A stretch of 35,105 nt of DNA from Octopus sinensis. Taxonomy: Eukaryota. Location of the stretch: positions 1-35,105 of the forward strand of contig NW_021831949.1 in the NCBI RefSeq assembly GCF_006345805.1, given 5' to 3'. The position numbers and the translations under genes are program-made. Below are positions 12,729-25,699 of the stretch, one piece after another (within the stretch, counting starts at the first letter, position 1; every line of letters starts with the position of its first letter). The notes under the pieces were generated by a model. It worked only from the letters and a program-made list of their open reading frames with translations, was not told where the DNA came from and did not search any database.

Positions 12729-13540
12729 CAGGGTGCGATGGATAAATTGTCGTCTAAATAACGCGAAAATGAAGGTAACAGTGATATCTCATTTTAACAG
12801 ATATATTTAACAAAATTACATAAAAATATCTTGAAATAGTAAAGAATAAATTTATTCAAGAGAATTGCCATTGGCTTCAACCACGGCCTCCAGGCGACTT
12901 CAGAATCTCCTGCAACTCTTCTGGACAGTCTCCTTGTTTAAGTGGGTGAATGCTGCCATAATCCTTGCCTTCAGTTCGTCTCTGGTGTTACAAGGAGCTT
13001 CGTTGGTCTCTCGCTTAACTGCTCCCCCCACTCACATAATGATCAAGAGGATTGCAGTCTGGGGAGTTAGGTGACCAGATGTTAGGGGTGATGTGGTCGC
13101 AGAAATTTTCTGACAGCCATGACTAAGCTCTCCTGATTGTGTGGCATGGTGCAGAATCTTGTTGCCAGACACAGGGTCTTCCATCAGCCACCCTCTTGAC
13201 CCAAGGCAGCACTACCTCCTCCAGGAACTTGATGTAGGCGTCCGTGTTGAGTCTGAGGCCGTGTGGGGAGATGAATGGAGGCATAACGTCACCATCACTA
13301 GCGATCACTCGAAACAACATGATGTTGACTGGATGTTTTGATCACTCTAGGAACCTGTCATCAGACTGAGACTCAAACATTCTAAAATGGCTGTGTGAAT
13401 TGCATCATAGTGCGGTTTTTTCTTACAGACAGTGCCCAACTGACCCTACCATATTGTGTAGTCGACAAAATCAAAAACAAACGATGCGTATGCGCGAAAT
13501 TGAAAATATGAAATGGTGGCAATTTACCCATCGCACCTTG
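12729..13540 (-). mobile_element. Internally deleted Tc1/mariner element of the DD37D (maT) type
   Basis: TIRs CAGGGTGCGATGGATAAATTG (12729) and CAATTTACCCATCGCACCTTG (ending 13540); TA on the left, TG on the right. The minus-strand transposase remnant reads VMPPFISPHGLRLNTDAYIKFLEEVVLPW...WQQDSAPCHT...WSPNSPDCNPLD. I count 37 residues between the QQD and NPLD aspartates, including one in-frame stop. Confidence 0.92.
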
Positions 13541-13543
13541 TGA

Positions 13544-13577
<34 letters not shown>

Positions 13578-13585
<8 letters not shown>

Positions 13586-13875
13586 AATAATGAAGGGTGA
13601 AATTAATTAATTTGGAAAAATTATCAATTACACCAAGTAGTCTTCGGCATGTAAAAGCCTCATTCGAGGAAAATTTAAGTAATACTAAGCAATAAGGGTT
13701 AGACAACGAGTTGCCTTACCACATACCGAATTTAGAAATAGCAGTCAAAGGGTTATAGCTAGAAGAAATAGCTATAACCCTTTTTAGTAGAAGAAATAGC
13801 TATAACCCTTTGACTGCTATTTCTAAATTCGGTATGTGGTAAGGCAACTCGTTGCTAAACCCTTATTGCTTAGTA
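13578..13875. repeat. Palindromic element between (TA)n tracts: 79 bp near-perfect arms around a 35 bp spacer
   Basis: 13683-13761 is the reverse complement of 13797-13875, apart from a small difference near GGGTT(A)G. TAGAAGAAATAGCTATAACCCTTT occurs twice in tandem at the centre. Confidence 0.9.
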
Positions 13876-14474
13876 TATATATATATATACATATATATGA
13901 ATTCATATACGTATGTGCGTGTCTATATAAGTACATATACACACACATATATATATATATGCATAATTATAAATATATACATATTTATACATATTTGTGT
14001 GTGTGTGTGCACGTATAAGCTCCCTGAACATAAATGTCTGACACTGTTAAATATTATTTAGGAGGTTTAATGTTCACCTCTAAAACGAAGCAACAAAATA
14101 CCCGAACAATGCTTCATGGGAAGTCCATATGTGAACTGCCTTCCCCCCGATCAAACAATTCAAAAGTAAAAACAAAGGAGGAGCTTCACGTTTGCCACAG
14201 AGAAAATTCCACAATGTTTTGCTCCATAAAACTTTGTTTACGATCTGAATTCAAATGATACATGAACCGAATTTAATTTTTATCTTTCTGGTATGAAGTA
14301 CAAATCAAGAAGTCTGAGAAACGATAATGTTTCCCAATCAAACTTGACGTAGCTGAAGAAAATTAAATATTAAAAGTAATATTCTGAGTTTTATGCAGTA
14401 AGTTTGAAAGATAGGTATATACTCCATACGTACTCGTTTCAAAACAGGTGTAAAAGCAGACGTGTATTTGATCA

Positions 14475-14633
14475 CCAGAAAAATGCAGTTTCCGGCTACA
14501 AAATTTTCTCACAACGCATTGTTCGAAGCAGGTCTTTAGCAAACGACATACGCCCAAGATTTCACGCAGTGGAACTGGACCCCCAGCCACGTTGCCGCAA
14601 AATGAGCATCTTAACCAAGCATCTACGCATGCC
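14475..14633 (-). mobile_element. Highly diverged SINE family A head
   Basis: The reverse complement GGTCCAGTTCCACTGCGTGAAATCTTGGGCG...TTGTGAGAAAATTTTGTAGCCGGAAACTG aligns to 15240-15340. Confidence 0.7.
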
Positions 14634-14906
14634 CCTGAGAATTAATTGTGAATTAGACAAAAGATTAAAAGGGTACAGAAAGAATGAACTATAATAAAGA
14701 ACAAAAATTTCTAAAGTATAAAGAAGAATCTGACTAATAATTCAGCCTCAGTATACCACTGGTATACATATAGAGCAGATATGAAGGAAATACGAAAGAC
14801 TATAAATCGAAATATTACTTAAATATATAGTATAGGAAAAACATTATTAGTAATTGATATAAAAACAATAAATAAAAGAAATAGTATTAAAAAATATCGT
14901 AATAAT

Positions 14907-15049
14907 ATGGCTGTATGGCAAGTTTTCTTCCCAACCACAAGGTTCCGGTTTCAGTCCCGCGGCATATCACCTTCGACGATTATCTTCTACTACATCATCG
15001 AGTCTTGTGAGTGGATTTCGTAGATGGAAACTAAAAGAAAACAGTTGTA

Positions 15050-15050
<1 letters not shown>
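14907..15050 (+). mobile_element. Degenerate SINE family A head
   Basis: ATGGCTGTATGG...CCAACCACAAGGTTCCGGTTTCAGTCCC...TTGTGAGTGGATTTCGTAGATGGAAACT aligns by eye to 15197-15345. Confidence 0.8.
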
Positions 15051-15082
<32 letters not shown>

Positions 15083-15085
15083 CTT

Positions 15086-15187
<102 letters not shown>

Positions 15188-15360
15188 GGCGCAGGAGTGG
15201 CTGTGTGGTAGTAGCTTGCTAACCAACCACATGGTTCCTGGTTCAGTCCCACTGCGTGGCATCTTGGGCAAGTGTCCTTCTGCTATAGCCCCGGGCCGAC
15301 CAATGCCTTGTGAGTGGATTTGGTAGACGGAAACTGAAAGAAGCCTGTAGTATATATATG

Positions 15361-15391
<31 letters not shown>

Positions 15392-15396
15392 TATAA

Positions 15397-15427
<31 letters not shown>

Positions 15428-15640
15428 TGTGTCTGTGATTGTCCCCCTAGCATTGCTTGACAACCGATGCTGGTGAGTTTACGTCCTTGTCACTTAGCGG
15501 TTCGGCAAAAGAGACCGATAGAATAAGCACTGGGGTTACAAAGAATAAGTCCCGGGGTCGAGTTGCTCGACTAAAGGCGGTGCTCCAGCATGGCCGCAGT
15601 CAAAATGACTGAAACAAGTAAAAGTGTAAAAGAGTAAAAG
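15188..15640 (+). mobile_element. Full-length tRNA-headed SINE (family A)
   Basis: A-box-like TGGCTGTGTGG (15198) and B-box-like GGTTCAGTCC (15240), an internal (TA)/(TG) tract, the tail CTCCAGCATGGCCGCAGTCAAAATGACTGAAAC and terminal (GTAAAA)-type repeats. Homologous pieces recur elsewhere in the window. Confidence 0.88.
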
Positions 15641-15869
15641 TGTATATATTAATATTGTTATATTTGGGAATGGTCATTTTGCCAGTTTAACCAGTAAAAA
15701 CACACGCACTATATATTTGGTGTTTTTTGCTTCAGTGTTAATTATTTTTTACATTAATCTTAATCTTATTTCGGCCAGAGTTCTTTCGTCACACTCCTAT
15801 GACCGCATCAGTGGTCCTTTGTTTTATGTGTCAATATATGTGACAATTATACGGTTATTGTCACATATA

Positions 15870-15923
<54 letters not shown>

Positions 15924-15955
15924 GTGCGTGGTGTGCGTTTGTAATACATATGTAC

Positions 15956-16002
<47 letters not shown>

Positions 16003-16187
16003 TAATATATAACAATGATAAATCTCAGAGTATACATATGTATATTTTGTGATAACCAGTACCTAACACAACAAAGCTTTTACGTGTTACTCTTGACAAA
16101 CTTTTCCTAAAAAAGTGAAACCGGTCAAGTGAATAAACATCTGTTAAAATTGCATTTTCAAACCTTCTTTCATATATATATATATAC

Positions 16188-16344
<157 letters not shown>

Positions 16345-16560
16345 TTTTTATCTTTCACTTGCTTCAGTCATTTGACTGCGGCCATGCTGGAAAACTGATT
16401 TTAGTTGAACAAATGCACACCAGGACTTATTCTTTGTAAGCCTAGTACTTATTCTATCGGTTTCTTTTGCCGAACTGCTAAGTTACGGGGACGCCAAGCG
16501 TTGGTGAGGGGACAAACACAGACACATGCACACACGCAAACATATATGTGCGTGTGTGTG
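16345..16560 (-). mobile_element. SINE family A 3' half
   Basis: CTTCAGTCATTTGACTGCGGCCATGCTGGA...ACTTATTCTTTGTAAGCCTAGTACTTATTCTATCGGTTTCTTTTGCCGAAC is the reverse complement of 15495-15615. Confidence 0.85.
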
Positions 16561-16799
16561 TGTTTTAACTCCAGTTACAATAAAGACAATTTTACATTAA
16601 ACTGGAAGGTAACTCATTATTTTGTAGAGTACAAATTTATTATTCTGAGACAAGAGTGTTGTTGAGAGTGACTTCGAAGTTTATGTCAGCTGAGCCATGA
16701 CAACAATCTTGTCTGAAAATAATGTGTGTTTGTGTGTGCGTCTGTATGTATTTGTGTGTGTGTTTGTGTGTGTGTATGTATGTATGTATGTATGTATCT

Positions 16800-16990
16800 T
16801 CAAGTGTCTGTGCATTTGTCTGCTTTTGTCCCTCGCCAGCGCTTGACCTCCGGTGTTGGTGCATTTACGTCTACAGGCTTTAAGAATAGTGCATCGGGTT
16901 GATTCATTCCATTAAAATATTCTTCAAAGCGTTACTCCAGCATGGCCGCAGATTTAGGATTTAAACAAATAAAAGACAAAAGATAAAGGA
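16800..16990 (+). mobile_element. Diverged SINE family A 3' half
   Basis: TTTGTCCCTCGCCAGCGCTTGAC...GGTGTTGGTGCATTTACGTC...CTCCAGCATGGCCGCAG followed by an A-rich repeat tail. Confidence 0.75.
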
Positions 16991-17542
16991 TTAGAAAAGA
17001 GAGAGGGGAAGAAAAAGGAGAGGAGGAGAGAAAGGAAATGCATGGCAAAGCAGAGAAGAAGGAAAACTGAAGGAAGAATAAATGAACGAGGAAAAGGTAA
17101 GTAATTTTTAAGATGAACGAAAGAAAAAGAATGAAAGAAATAAAAACAAGTAAACATTACAATGAAAGAAATCTAAAGAATAAAGACAAAAATTGAAGAA
17201 GAAACGAAAATATCAAAGACTTGGGAAATTGGTTAAATTAGAGATAATGTACAGATGGATATAAACACACACACACATACACACACATAGACACACATAC
17301 GTACACACACACATATATATGCATGTGTGTGTCAATATGTGAATAATTTGTATTATATACATAATACATAATATATATATATGTGTGTGTATATATGTGC
17401 ATGAATGTATGCATGTATATGTACGTATACATGTGTGTGTATTTATACATGCATATGTAAGCACATACACTCATACACACACACACACACATATATATAT
17501 ATAGAGAGAGAGATAGATAGATAGATAGATAGATATAGATAG

Positions 17543-17596
<54 letters not shown>

Positions 17597-17619
17597 TATA
17601 GATAGAAAGATAGATAGAT

Positions 17620-17672
<53 letters not shown>

Positions 17673-18331
17673 TGATAGATGTAGAGAGAGGGAGAAAGAT
17701 AATATATAGATAGATATACATAAGTATGTACATACTTATATTCAAACATATGTATGTATGTATGTATGTATATTTAACATGATGCTCGACATATAGTGGA
17801 ATAGAACAGTGAAGTATATATGCATAAAAAAAAACGGAGCCAAAGAGAAAGAAATATAAAAAGACCAAAGAAAGTAAGGGAAAAAATAAAGAGTACAAAA
17901 ATGAAAAGGAAATAGTTGAGAATATAAGAATGAATTAACAGAGGAATGAACGAATGTAGAAAACGGGACAGAAACGAGGGGAAATTTTCTAGCAAGCAAC
18001 GGAAGAAGAAAAACGCACCAAAAACGAAAAAGAGCAAAAAATTTTTTAAAAATAAAAACAGAGCGAAAATACTTCAAAGATAAGTCGGAAAGAACAAAAA
18101 GAACAAGAAGAAAAAAAATAGGAAGAAGAAAAGCAAGAGCTGATACGGGTGCGATGCAATGCGGAGTATAATTGTGCAGACTTGAATGTGCAGTCGTCGC
18201 TGCACGGTCGCTACTTTCAATTAAACAATAAACTTCTCCCTTCTAATTTCGGACTTGTGTCATTCACTGTAATGAGACTTCACACAAATCTGGGCTGACA
18301 AACTGCACAGCCTTTGTTTCATCTAGATACA

Positions 18332-18394
<63 letters not shown>

Positions 18395-18698
18395 TGTATA
18401 TATAAACATATCAATGCACACATAAATATGTATACGTATGCACATGCATATACATATATATATATATAAAAACATGGATATGTATAATGCATGTCTGTCT
18501 GCATGTATATATGTGTATCACTAAATACCTGTTCTGATGTGTGCATCTGTAAATTATAGACACACGCACTTCCATACACTTTTGTATGCACCAATGTATG
18601 CATAAGTGCAGCTATTTTTGCATATATATATGAATGAATATTCAATATTTTGTACTTATATGTAAGTGTGTGCATGCGTATGTGTATCTGTATCTAAT

Positions 18699-18732
<34 letters not shown>

Positions 18733-18942
18733 GATATATATATATATATTATATATATATATATATAATATTAACGTACGTAAGTGCATATGTAGAAGCG
18801 TATATATTAACTTAGAAATGCATGCATCGTTGCATAAACTATATATTAATTCATCTACATATCGTTCTATCTATATGTTCGCATTTTCGGTTCTTCACTC
18901 CTTTCACTCTCTTCCTCTCTTTCTCTCTCCCTATATATGAAT

Positions 18943-18984
<42 letters not shown>

Positions 18985-19057
18985 GTTATATATATATAAA
19001 TTCTGTATATGTATATACATGTATATATATTAATATATATATAATATCTTATATATA

Positions 19058-19092
<35 letters not shown>

Positions 19093-19290
19093 AAGACAGC
19101 ATGATATATATGCATATAAAATATATTTATATATATATATTATATACATATATACATATATACATACATACACATATAATACACACGCATAGCATATATA
19201 AAGATATATACATATATACCTATTTATCCATCCCTGATGAGTGGAGATGAATATATATATAATATAATATATATATATATAATATATAAT

Positions 19291-19324
<34 letters not shown>

Positions 19325-19481
19325 GATATATAATATATAGTATGTATGTGTGTGTGTTGGTTTAAAGATATATATATAATATATTTATATAAGACAAACA
19401 TAAATACTACCCACATAATACACATACATAAAGATATATGAATATATATCTATATATATGTGTTTAAGACATATATATGCG

Positions 19482-19559
<78 letters not shown>

Positions 19560-19563
19560 TATA

Positions 19564-19595
<32 letters not shown>

Positions 19596-19596
19596 T

Positions 19597-19927
19597 ACGA
19601 GGATGTAACTCGCATAGCAAGTAATTTGATCTGAGATCGTGTGCTGAAACGAAACAATTGCAGCGTGGAAGGTGTTTATAAGCAAGCATTTAAGAAACAC
19701 ACAAAAGCCGTTCGATTCACTCCAACATTTAAGTTTAATTTGTCAAAATATTTTCGTCGCTAAAATCCGCGACCTGTTCACTGAGATGCAGCACGGACTT
19801 GTCAGTGGTCAGGCGCGAACTATTTAGCGAGAAATATTTTGAACAATTAACTTAAATGTTGGAGTGAATCGAACGGCTTTTGTGTGTTTCTTAAATGGCT
19901 TATAAACACCTTCCACGCTGCAATTGT
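19597..19927. repeat. Palindromic element between (TA)n tracts: ~130 bp arms around a 17 bp loop, possibly a mariner-derived MITE
   Basis: 19654-19784 pairs with 19802-19927 (e.g. AAGCCGTTCGATTCACTCCAACATTTAAG / CTTAAATGTTGGAGTGAATCGAACGGCTT). The left end begins TA|CGAGG; the corresponding outer right part is missing. Confidence 0.88.
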
Positions 19928-19991
19928 GTTGTTATATATATATATATATAATATATATATTTATATATATATTATATATATATTATATATA

Positions 19992-20055
<64 letters not shown>

Positions 20056-21420
20056 CAAACATATATATACCTACATGTATATACATCTATAGAAATAGAG
20101 ATACGTACTGGCATGAGAGTAAAACTGGATCTTCGTGAGATTTCGATATCCAGTGTCAAACGGCCATATTGCAATCAGTATCCGTGAGAAAGTGATCCAC
20201 AGACACGTGTAACTCTGACTAAAATGGGGAAACTTTGTGATCCAACGTGACGGAGCTGGTCTTTAATTTGAAGATTGAATCCCTTATAGGTGCTCGTAAA
20301 CACTTTCCTCAACCCTGCATGGCTTTAAGTGGATTTATAACAAATGTTACAGAGGATAACTAAAAAACAGATTCAAGTAGTACCTGTGTATTATGAAGTA
20401 AACATCTTAAATATTCAACTGTACACCTCTGTATATTTGTATATATATACATATATACACAGAGATAGAGAATGAGAGAGAGGGAGAGAGAAAGCGTCTC
20501 AATGTCTAATTGGTTATAACAGTTTGCCTTGCGTATACTTTATATTTCATATCCTAAAATTTGTCAAATATTGGAGTAAAGACATTCAATTTTGCATCAA
20601 CTTTAAAAGTACTGAAAGAATAGCTGCTTTCTTATTCTTCTGAGCTTTCGGACAAGACTAAATGAGGATATAACAATGGAATTGAATAATATAGTAATCC
20701 CGTGTATCAATTATAGGAATGTGCCACACATGACATCACAGTTTTTTAGTAAGCAATCAAAACTAGAACACTTATTCGAAACGGTTTATGAATATTGTTG
20801 CTTACATGTTGTCACGCAGCAGCTCCTTTTGTTCAATCGGTTGAATACTCCATAACACGAAAGTAATATCAAGGAAGTAAAAAGTTTGCATATATTTTCT
20901 TGTTCACTGGCTAGGGGTAAAACTCAGGAAGTCTTTTGATGACTTCGATTGACATCATCGATGCTGAACAGCGAAATACACAAGTAACAAATGTATAAAG
21001 GGACTGAAAATATATAAAGTACTGTTTCCCCATGTTTCCCCTCAGTATTTGATCCAAAAACACTTAGGGATATACCTTTAAAAGTTTAGATGTGTATAAG
21101 AGTGTTTGTTTGTTTGGTGTGTCTATATATATAGCGATGCCCGACACATCTTGTAATGTTATTCTGAATATGTACCTGTTTCCCTTTGATAATCTGGGTC
21201 TGATCTTTATCACTGGACACGCTGAAATGGATGAGCTCTCAGTAAGTTCTTGTCAGCAAATAAACACATTCATGTAGCCAAAATTTGCATGGTATACTCC
21301 TTTCAATTAGGGTCTTTCCAGTTCTATGCGTGGATCATGTCATGCGCATTTGTACAAACGAACATACATAACATGCATACATACATACATACATGCATAC
21401 ATACATACATTCATACATAT

Positions 21421-21451
<31 letters not shown>

Positions 21452-21608
21452 CATACGTACGTACGTACGTGCGTATGTATGTTTATGAATAATAGCAGAT
21501 GGATGGAGCAACACACATTATTGCATAACGCTACAATTGTTCCAACGTAGATTCACTAGCAAGAACATCACTGAAGCATTATATAAAATAGAAATTAACA
21601 CATCGTGT

Positions 21609-21682
21609 CATTTATCATTATTATTATTATTATTATCATCATCATCAGCATCATCAGCATCATCATCATCATCATCATTATT

Positions 21683-21713
<31 letters not shown>

Positions 21714-21714
21714 C

Positions 21715-21782
<68 letters not shown>

Positions 21783-21788
21783 TATTAT
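21609..21788 (-). repeat. (TAA)n/(TGA)n trinucleotide tract, tail or target of the R4/Dong-like fragment
   Basis: Directly visible as (ATT)n and (ATC)n on the plus strand. Confidence 0.97.
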
Positions 21789-22051
21789 CATTGCCTTTGC
21801 ACATCTTCTAACGCTGGAGATGTACTACAGTGTCAGCTGTTCTCTACCAGTGAACTAAGGTAACACCTCTTATTTTTCAAGCACCTTCTGAAGTATTCGA
21901 GCGGCTCCAAGCAGTGCTGCTTTCTGCAAGTGCTCCACCCTCATTTCAGCCCCTATTTGTTCCACGTACTTCTCGAGATTTTTGCTCACCGTTCCCAGTG
22001 CTCCGACAATTATTGGTACCTTTTTCATCGACCACAACTGCTTAACTTCCC
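21789..22051 (-). mobile_element. 5'-truncated 3' end of an RLE-type non-LTR retrotransposon (R4/Dong-like)
   Basis: 22049-21870 (minus) reads without interruption EVKQLWSMKKVPIIVGALGTVSKNLEKYVEQIGAEMRVEHLQKAALLGAARILQKVLEK*. This matches the VPIxxGALG...LQKAALLGTARILRKVL C-terminus of R4-clade restriction-like endonuclease LINEs. An ~80 nt UTR follows, then a (TAA)n tract. It is absent from the ORF track because it is under 60 aa. Confidence 0.85.
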
Positions 22052-22431
22052 TATTATTACGTTATTTCATTGTCCCCGTAAAACCGTGAATGACATCTCT
22101 TCATGTGGGCTTATATAAAAATATACACATACGTATACAATGCATATATATCGTAATAAAGATAAAATGAATGCAAACATTTGGTAGTACTACACAACCT
22201 TTCATATATGCATATATATTAAATACACAGACATATTATCAGGAGGCGGTAATTATGTGATGATAGAAACTGCAGAAATATGCCAAGTCGTGGGATCGAA
22301 ACTAGAACGACGTTACTGCAAAATTTACTTCTCAATGACGTATTACAATACGTTATTGATTGTATAATATCACCAGAGTACTTTCGATTAAACATATATA
22401 CATATATATATATATCAATATATTATATGCA

Positions 22432-22500
<69 letters not shown>

Positions 22501-22973
22501 CATACATACATATATACATACATACATACATACATACATACAGACATACATACATACATACATACTATATATATATGCATGATATATACCTAGATGCATA
22601 CATACATAGGTACATTCATACGTACATGCATACATCCATCCATACATACGTACACATTTGTATGTTAGTTCTATTCGTCACTTATTTACTTCGTGAAATT
22701 TGCAGCGGATTTTTGTTGATATCATAGCAAGAGCAGTGGAATGTATCTTTTGACAGGAAGTGTAGAAATTATAGAAAAATCAATAGGGTCATTAGGTAGT
22801 TGAATGCAGTTTTCATAGATAATAAAACACTAAGAGACATCCATGGCCAACTAAATGTCATACTTTCCATTTAATATTATGTATTTCACTGACAAAGCTA
22901 GTTATCAACAAACAGTTTCAAACCGCCTTTGAAATCAAGTACTTTCCAATATAATATAATATACATATAGATA

Positions 22974-23055
<82 letters not shown>

Positions 23056-23608
23056 ATATATATATATGCATATATATGTATAAATGAATGTATAGTAGGT
23101 ATGTGTATAAATATGTATGTACTGAGTATATGTATGTATATTTATAAATACAGACATGTATATATACTTTCATCTTTAATATTTCTATATATTTTCTTTT
23201 TATATGCATATATTTAAATATGTACTCTTGTATACAAACATGTGTGTGCCTCTATATTTATATGCAGATGCATAAAGCTAGAGATATGCATCTACGTATA
23301 CATATGTATATATGTGTGCTTGTGTGCGTGTGTATACTCATACATTTTCAATAATATATCTATATGTCTGATTTTATATGCATATACTTGAATATACGTG
23401 TGTGTGTGTGAGTGTGTGTATACATACTTTCATCTATAATATTTCTATATTTCATTTTTGTAGGTATATGTTTAAATATTTATATATGTGTACATATATG
23501 TGTATATACACATATATATGTGTGTGTGTCTGTGTTCAAGTAGAGTATATACATACATGCAAATATTCATCTACATATATGCACCTACACCTACACCTAC
23601 ACCCACAC

Positions 23609-23664
<56 letters not shown>

Positions 23665-24226
23665 CTACATCTTCCACAGAGGTAAACATAGAAATTGTCG
23701 TATAACACGTTCCATAATTTTGTTTCCTTTTATATTTTTATATTTCTATTTGTTGTTTTATATATATATGTATATATATTTGTTATGTTTATTTCATTCT
23801 GTATATGGATATTGATTCGGTTGATATATATAATATATGATTTAGTAATATGTGATACCAAGTATATGGTATGTTCGTTTGGCTCACTTTTTTGTGGAGG
23901 TGCCGTATTTTTTCTTGTTATTTTTCGATTGTTGTCGTCGTTGTCGTCGTCGTTGTTGTTGTTGTTGTTAGAGTTGTGTCGTTTCCTTTTATTTATCCAT
24001 ATATTCATTCCTGTTTGTTTGCTACCGTTATCTTCCGTTGCTTTGATTATGTTACCAGATTAGCCATTGAATATAAACGCGTATGTTTATCTATCTATGT
24101 ATTTACATGTATAAATAAATATATGCATGTGTGTTCGTGTATGGGTGAATTAACGCATGTACATGGATACGTATACGTACATACATATAAATAATATATA
24201 TATATATATGTATATATTTGTGTGTG

Positions 24227-24275
<49 letters not shown>

Positions 24276-24614
24276 TTATACGTTCATATACTTGCTTGTG
24301 TTTGTAATGTTATGCAATTATTAGAGGATGTAATTACATTGGTGTGCATTCAATACTTCAATTTCCATGCTTTCGTACGACATTTATGTTTATCTTACTT
24401 TCCCTTTTTTTGCTTTTGTTTCTTTATCTTTCATCTGAGACCACTGTGGTGCAGAGACTATATCTACGATTACAATAACATCGAATATTGACCATAACAA
24501 CACACCATATCGCCTTGTTGCATTGTCATTTCGGGTGACAAGTGGAGGTTTATAGATTTGCCACAGATTATTATCGTACACGGTGGTGTAAACTAGGTTA
24601 TCAGGCATCAGTAG

Positions 24615-24912
24615 ACTATTTTTGAAACTTTGCCGCAAATATTTTCGCCGTAGGAAATTTGCCGTCGGAAATTTCACTGCAAAAGAGGCACGCAAGAAGA
24701 CTGTCAACTAGGTAATTTATTTTAAAGAAATTACCTTTCTCTAATTAGTAGGTTAGTTGATAAAGTTGCCATTTTAAGAAAACTATTTTTTTCTTGCTCT
24801 CTCTTTCTTTCATTTTTTATTTGCAATTCAATATTTTCTTCTTTTTTTTCCTTTTTAAAGGTAAAATATCCTACGGCAAATATCTTTAAATTGAAATTTC
24901 ATATAACCACGT
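24615..24912. mobile_element. Possible old MITE with subterminal ATTT(C)GCCGTAGG repeats
   Basis: Left TGAAACTTTGCCGCAAATATTTTCGCCGTAGGAAATTTGCCGTCGGAAATTTC versus right AAAATATCCTACGGCAAATATCTTTAAATTGAAATTTCA. Confidence 0.4.
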
Positions 24913-25254
24913 TTGCTCCATTATTTTGCATCAAATTTATAGTATATGCGAGATACTGAAAGTCGACCAGGAGTGTCATATTGTTAATACTGTTGCGTAT
25001 CGATGTCTGTCGTTCTTCAGCTTATATAGAAACGAATGTAAACTCGGAATAATGCACACATCATGTTTTGCCGATGGCGCAAATCTAGGCAGACATTTCA
25101 AAGCGTCGGGCCAAATACAGCTCTTCCCGATTGTCATTCCAACCACGATGAGGTCAACTTCGAAGTCTTACCGAACAACCAAAACAGATGATTTGCTTAT
25201 AGTGATCAAATGTTTCTGTAGGTATGAGCTCACTCCCTCCTGCAAATCGACGTT

Positions 25255-25425
25255 AACTGTGCAGGTGCAACTGGGTGCTACATGTAAGATGTCGAAATGA
25301 TCGCAGAGCAACGTGAAATGAAGAGCTTTGCTCAAGAACACAACGCAACGCCCTGTGTGGGAATTGAACCTGCGATCTCGCAATCATGAGTACAACACCC
25401 TAACCTCTGATCCATGCGGCTTCAC
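25255..25425 (-). mobile_element. SINE family C head
   Basis: CGTGAAATGAAGAGCTTTGCTCAAGAACACAACGCA...GGAATTGAACCTGCGATCTCGCAATCATGAG; B-box-like GGTTCAATTCC on the minus strand. Confidence 0.75.
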
Positions 25426-25485
25426 ACACACACACACCACACACATATATATATATATAGATATATATATATATATATATATATT

Positions 25486-25517
<32 letters not shown>

Positions 25518-25663
25518 TTTTATATACATATGCATATATTTATTAGTAAGTACATATATATATATATATATATAGGGAGAATTCACAAAAAATCAAAAGA
25601 CGAATACAGATGGTGTAGAGAACAAACAGATGTATTAGTTTAATGCTCGAGAAGTGAAAAAGT

Positions 25664-25699
25664 CTTTAACGTTTCCAGCCTACGCTCTTTGACAGAAAG
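25664..25699 (-). ncRNA. Second degenerate minimal hammerhead motif in a short element between microsatellites (~25570-25750)
   Basis: Minus strand: CTTT-CTGTCAA-A-GAGC-GTAG-GCTG-GAAAC-GTT-AAAG. Helix I is CTTT/AAAG, helix II has one mismatch, and an ACGT palindrome replaces helix III. There are two core mismatches (A6U, G8A). Confidence 0.5.

Noticed and set aside
13641-13680. Hammerhead-like string on the minus strand (CGAATGAG-GC...GC-CGAAGAC)
   Set aside because: The core, the GAAA and helix I all deviate; too many changes are needed.
21537-21863. Poly-Leu/poly-Ile ORFs resembling signal or transmembrane segments
   Set aside because: Translation of the (ATT)n/(ATC)n tract.
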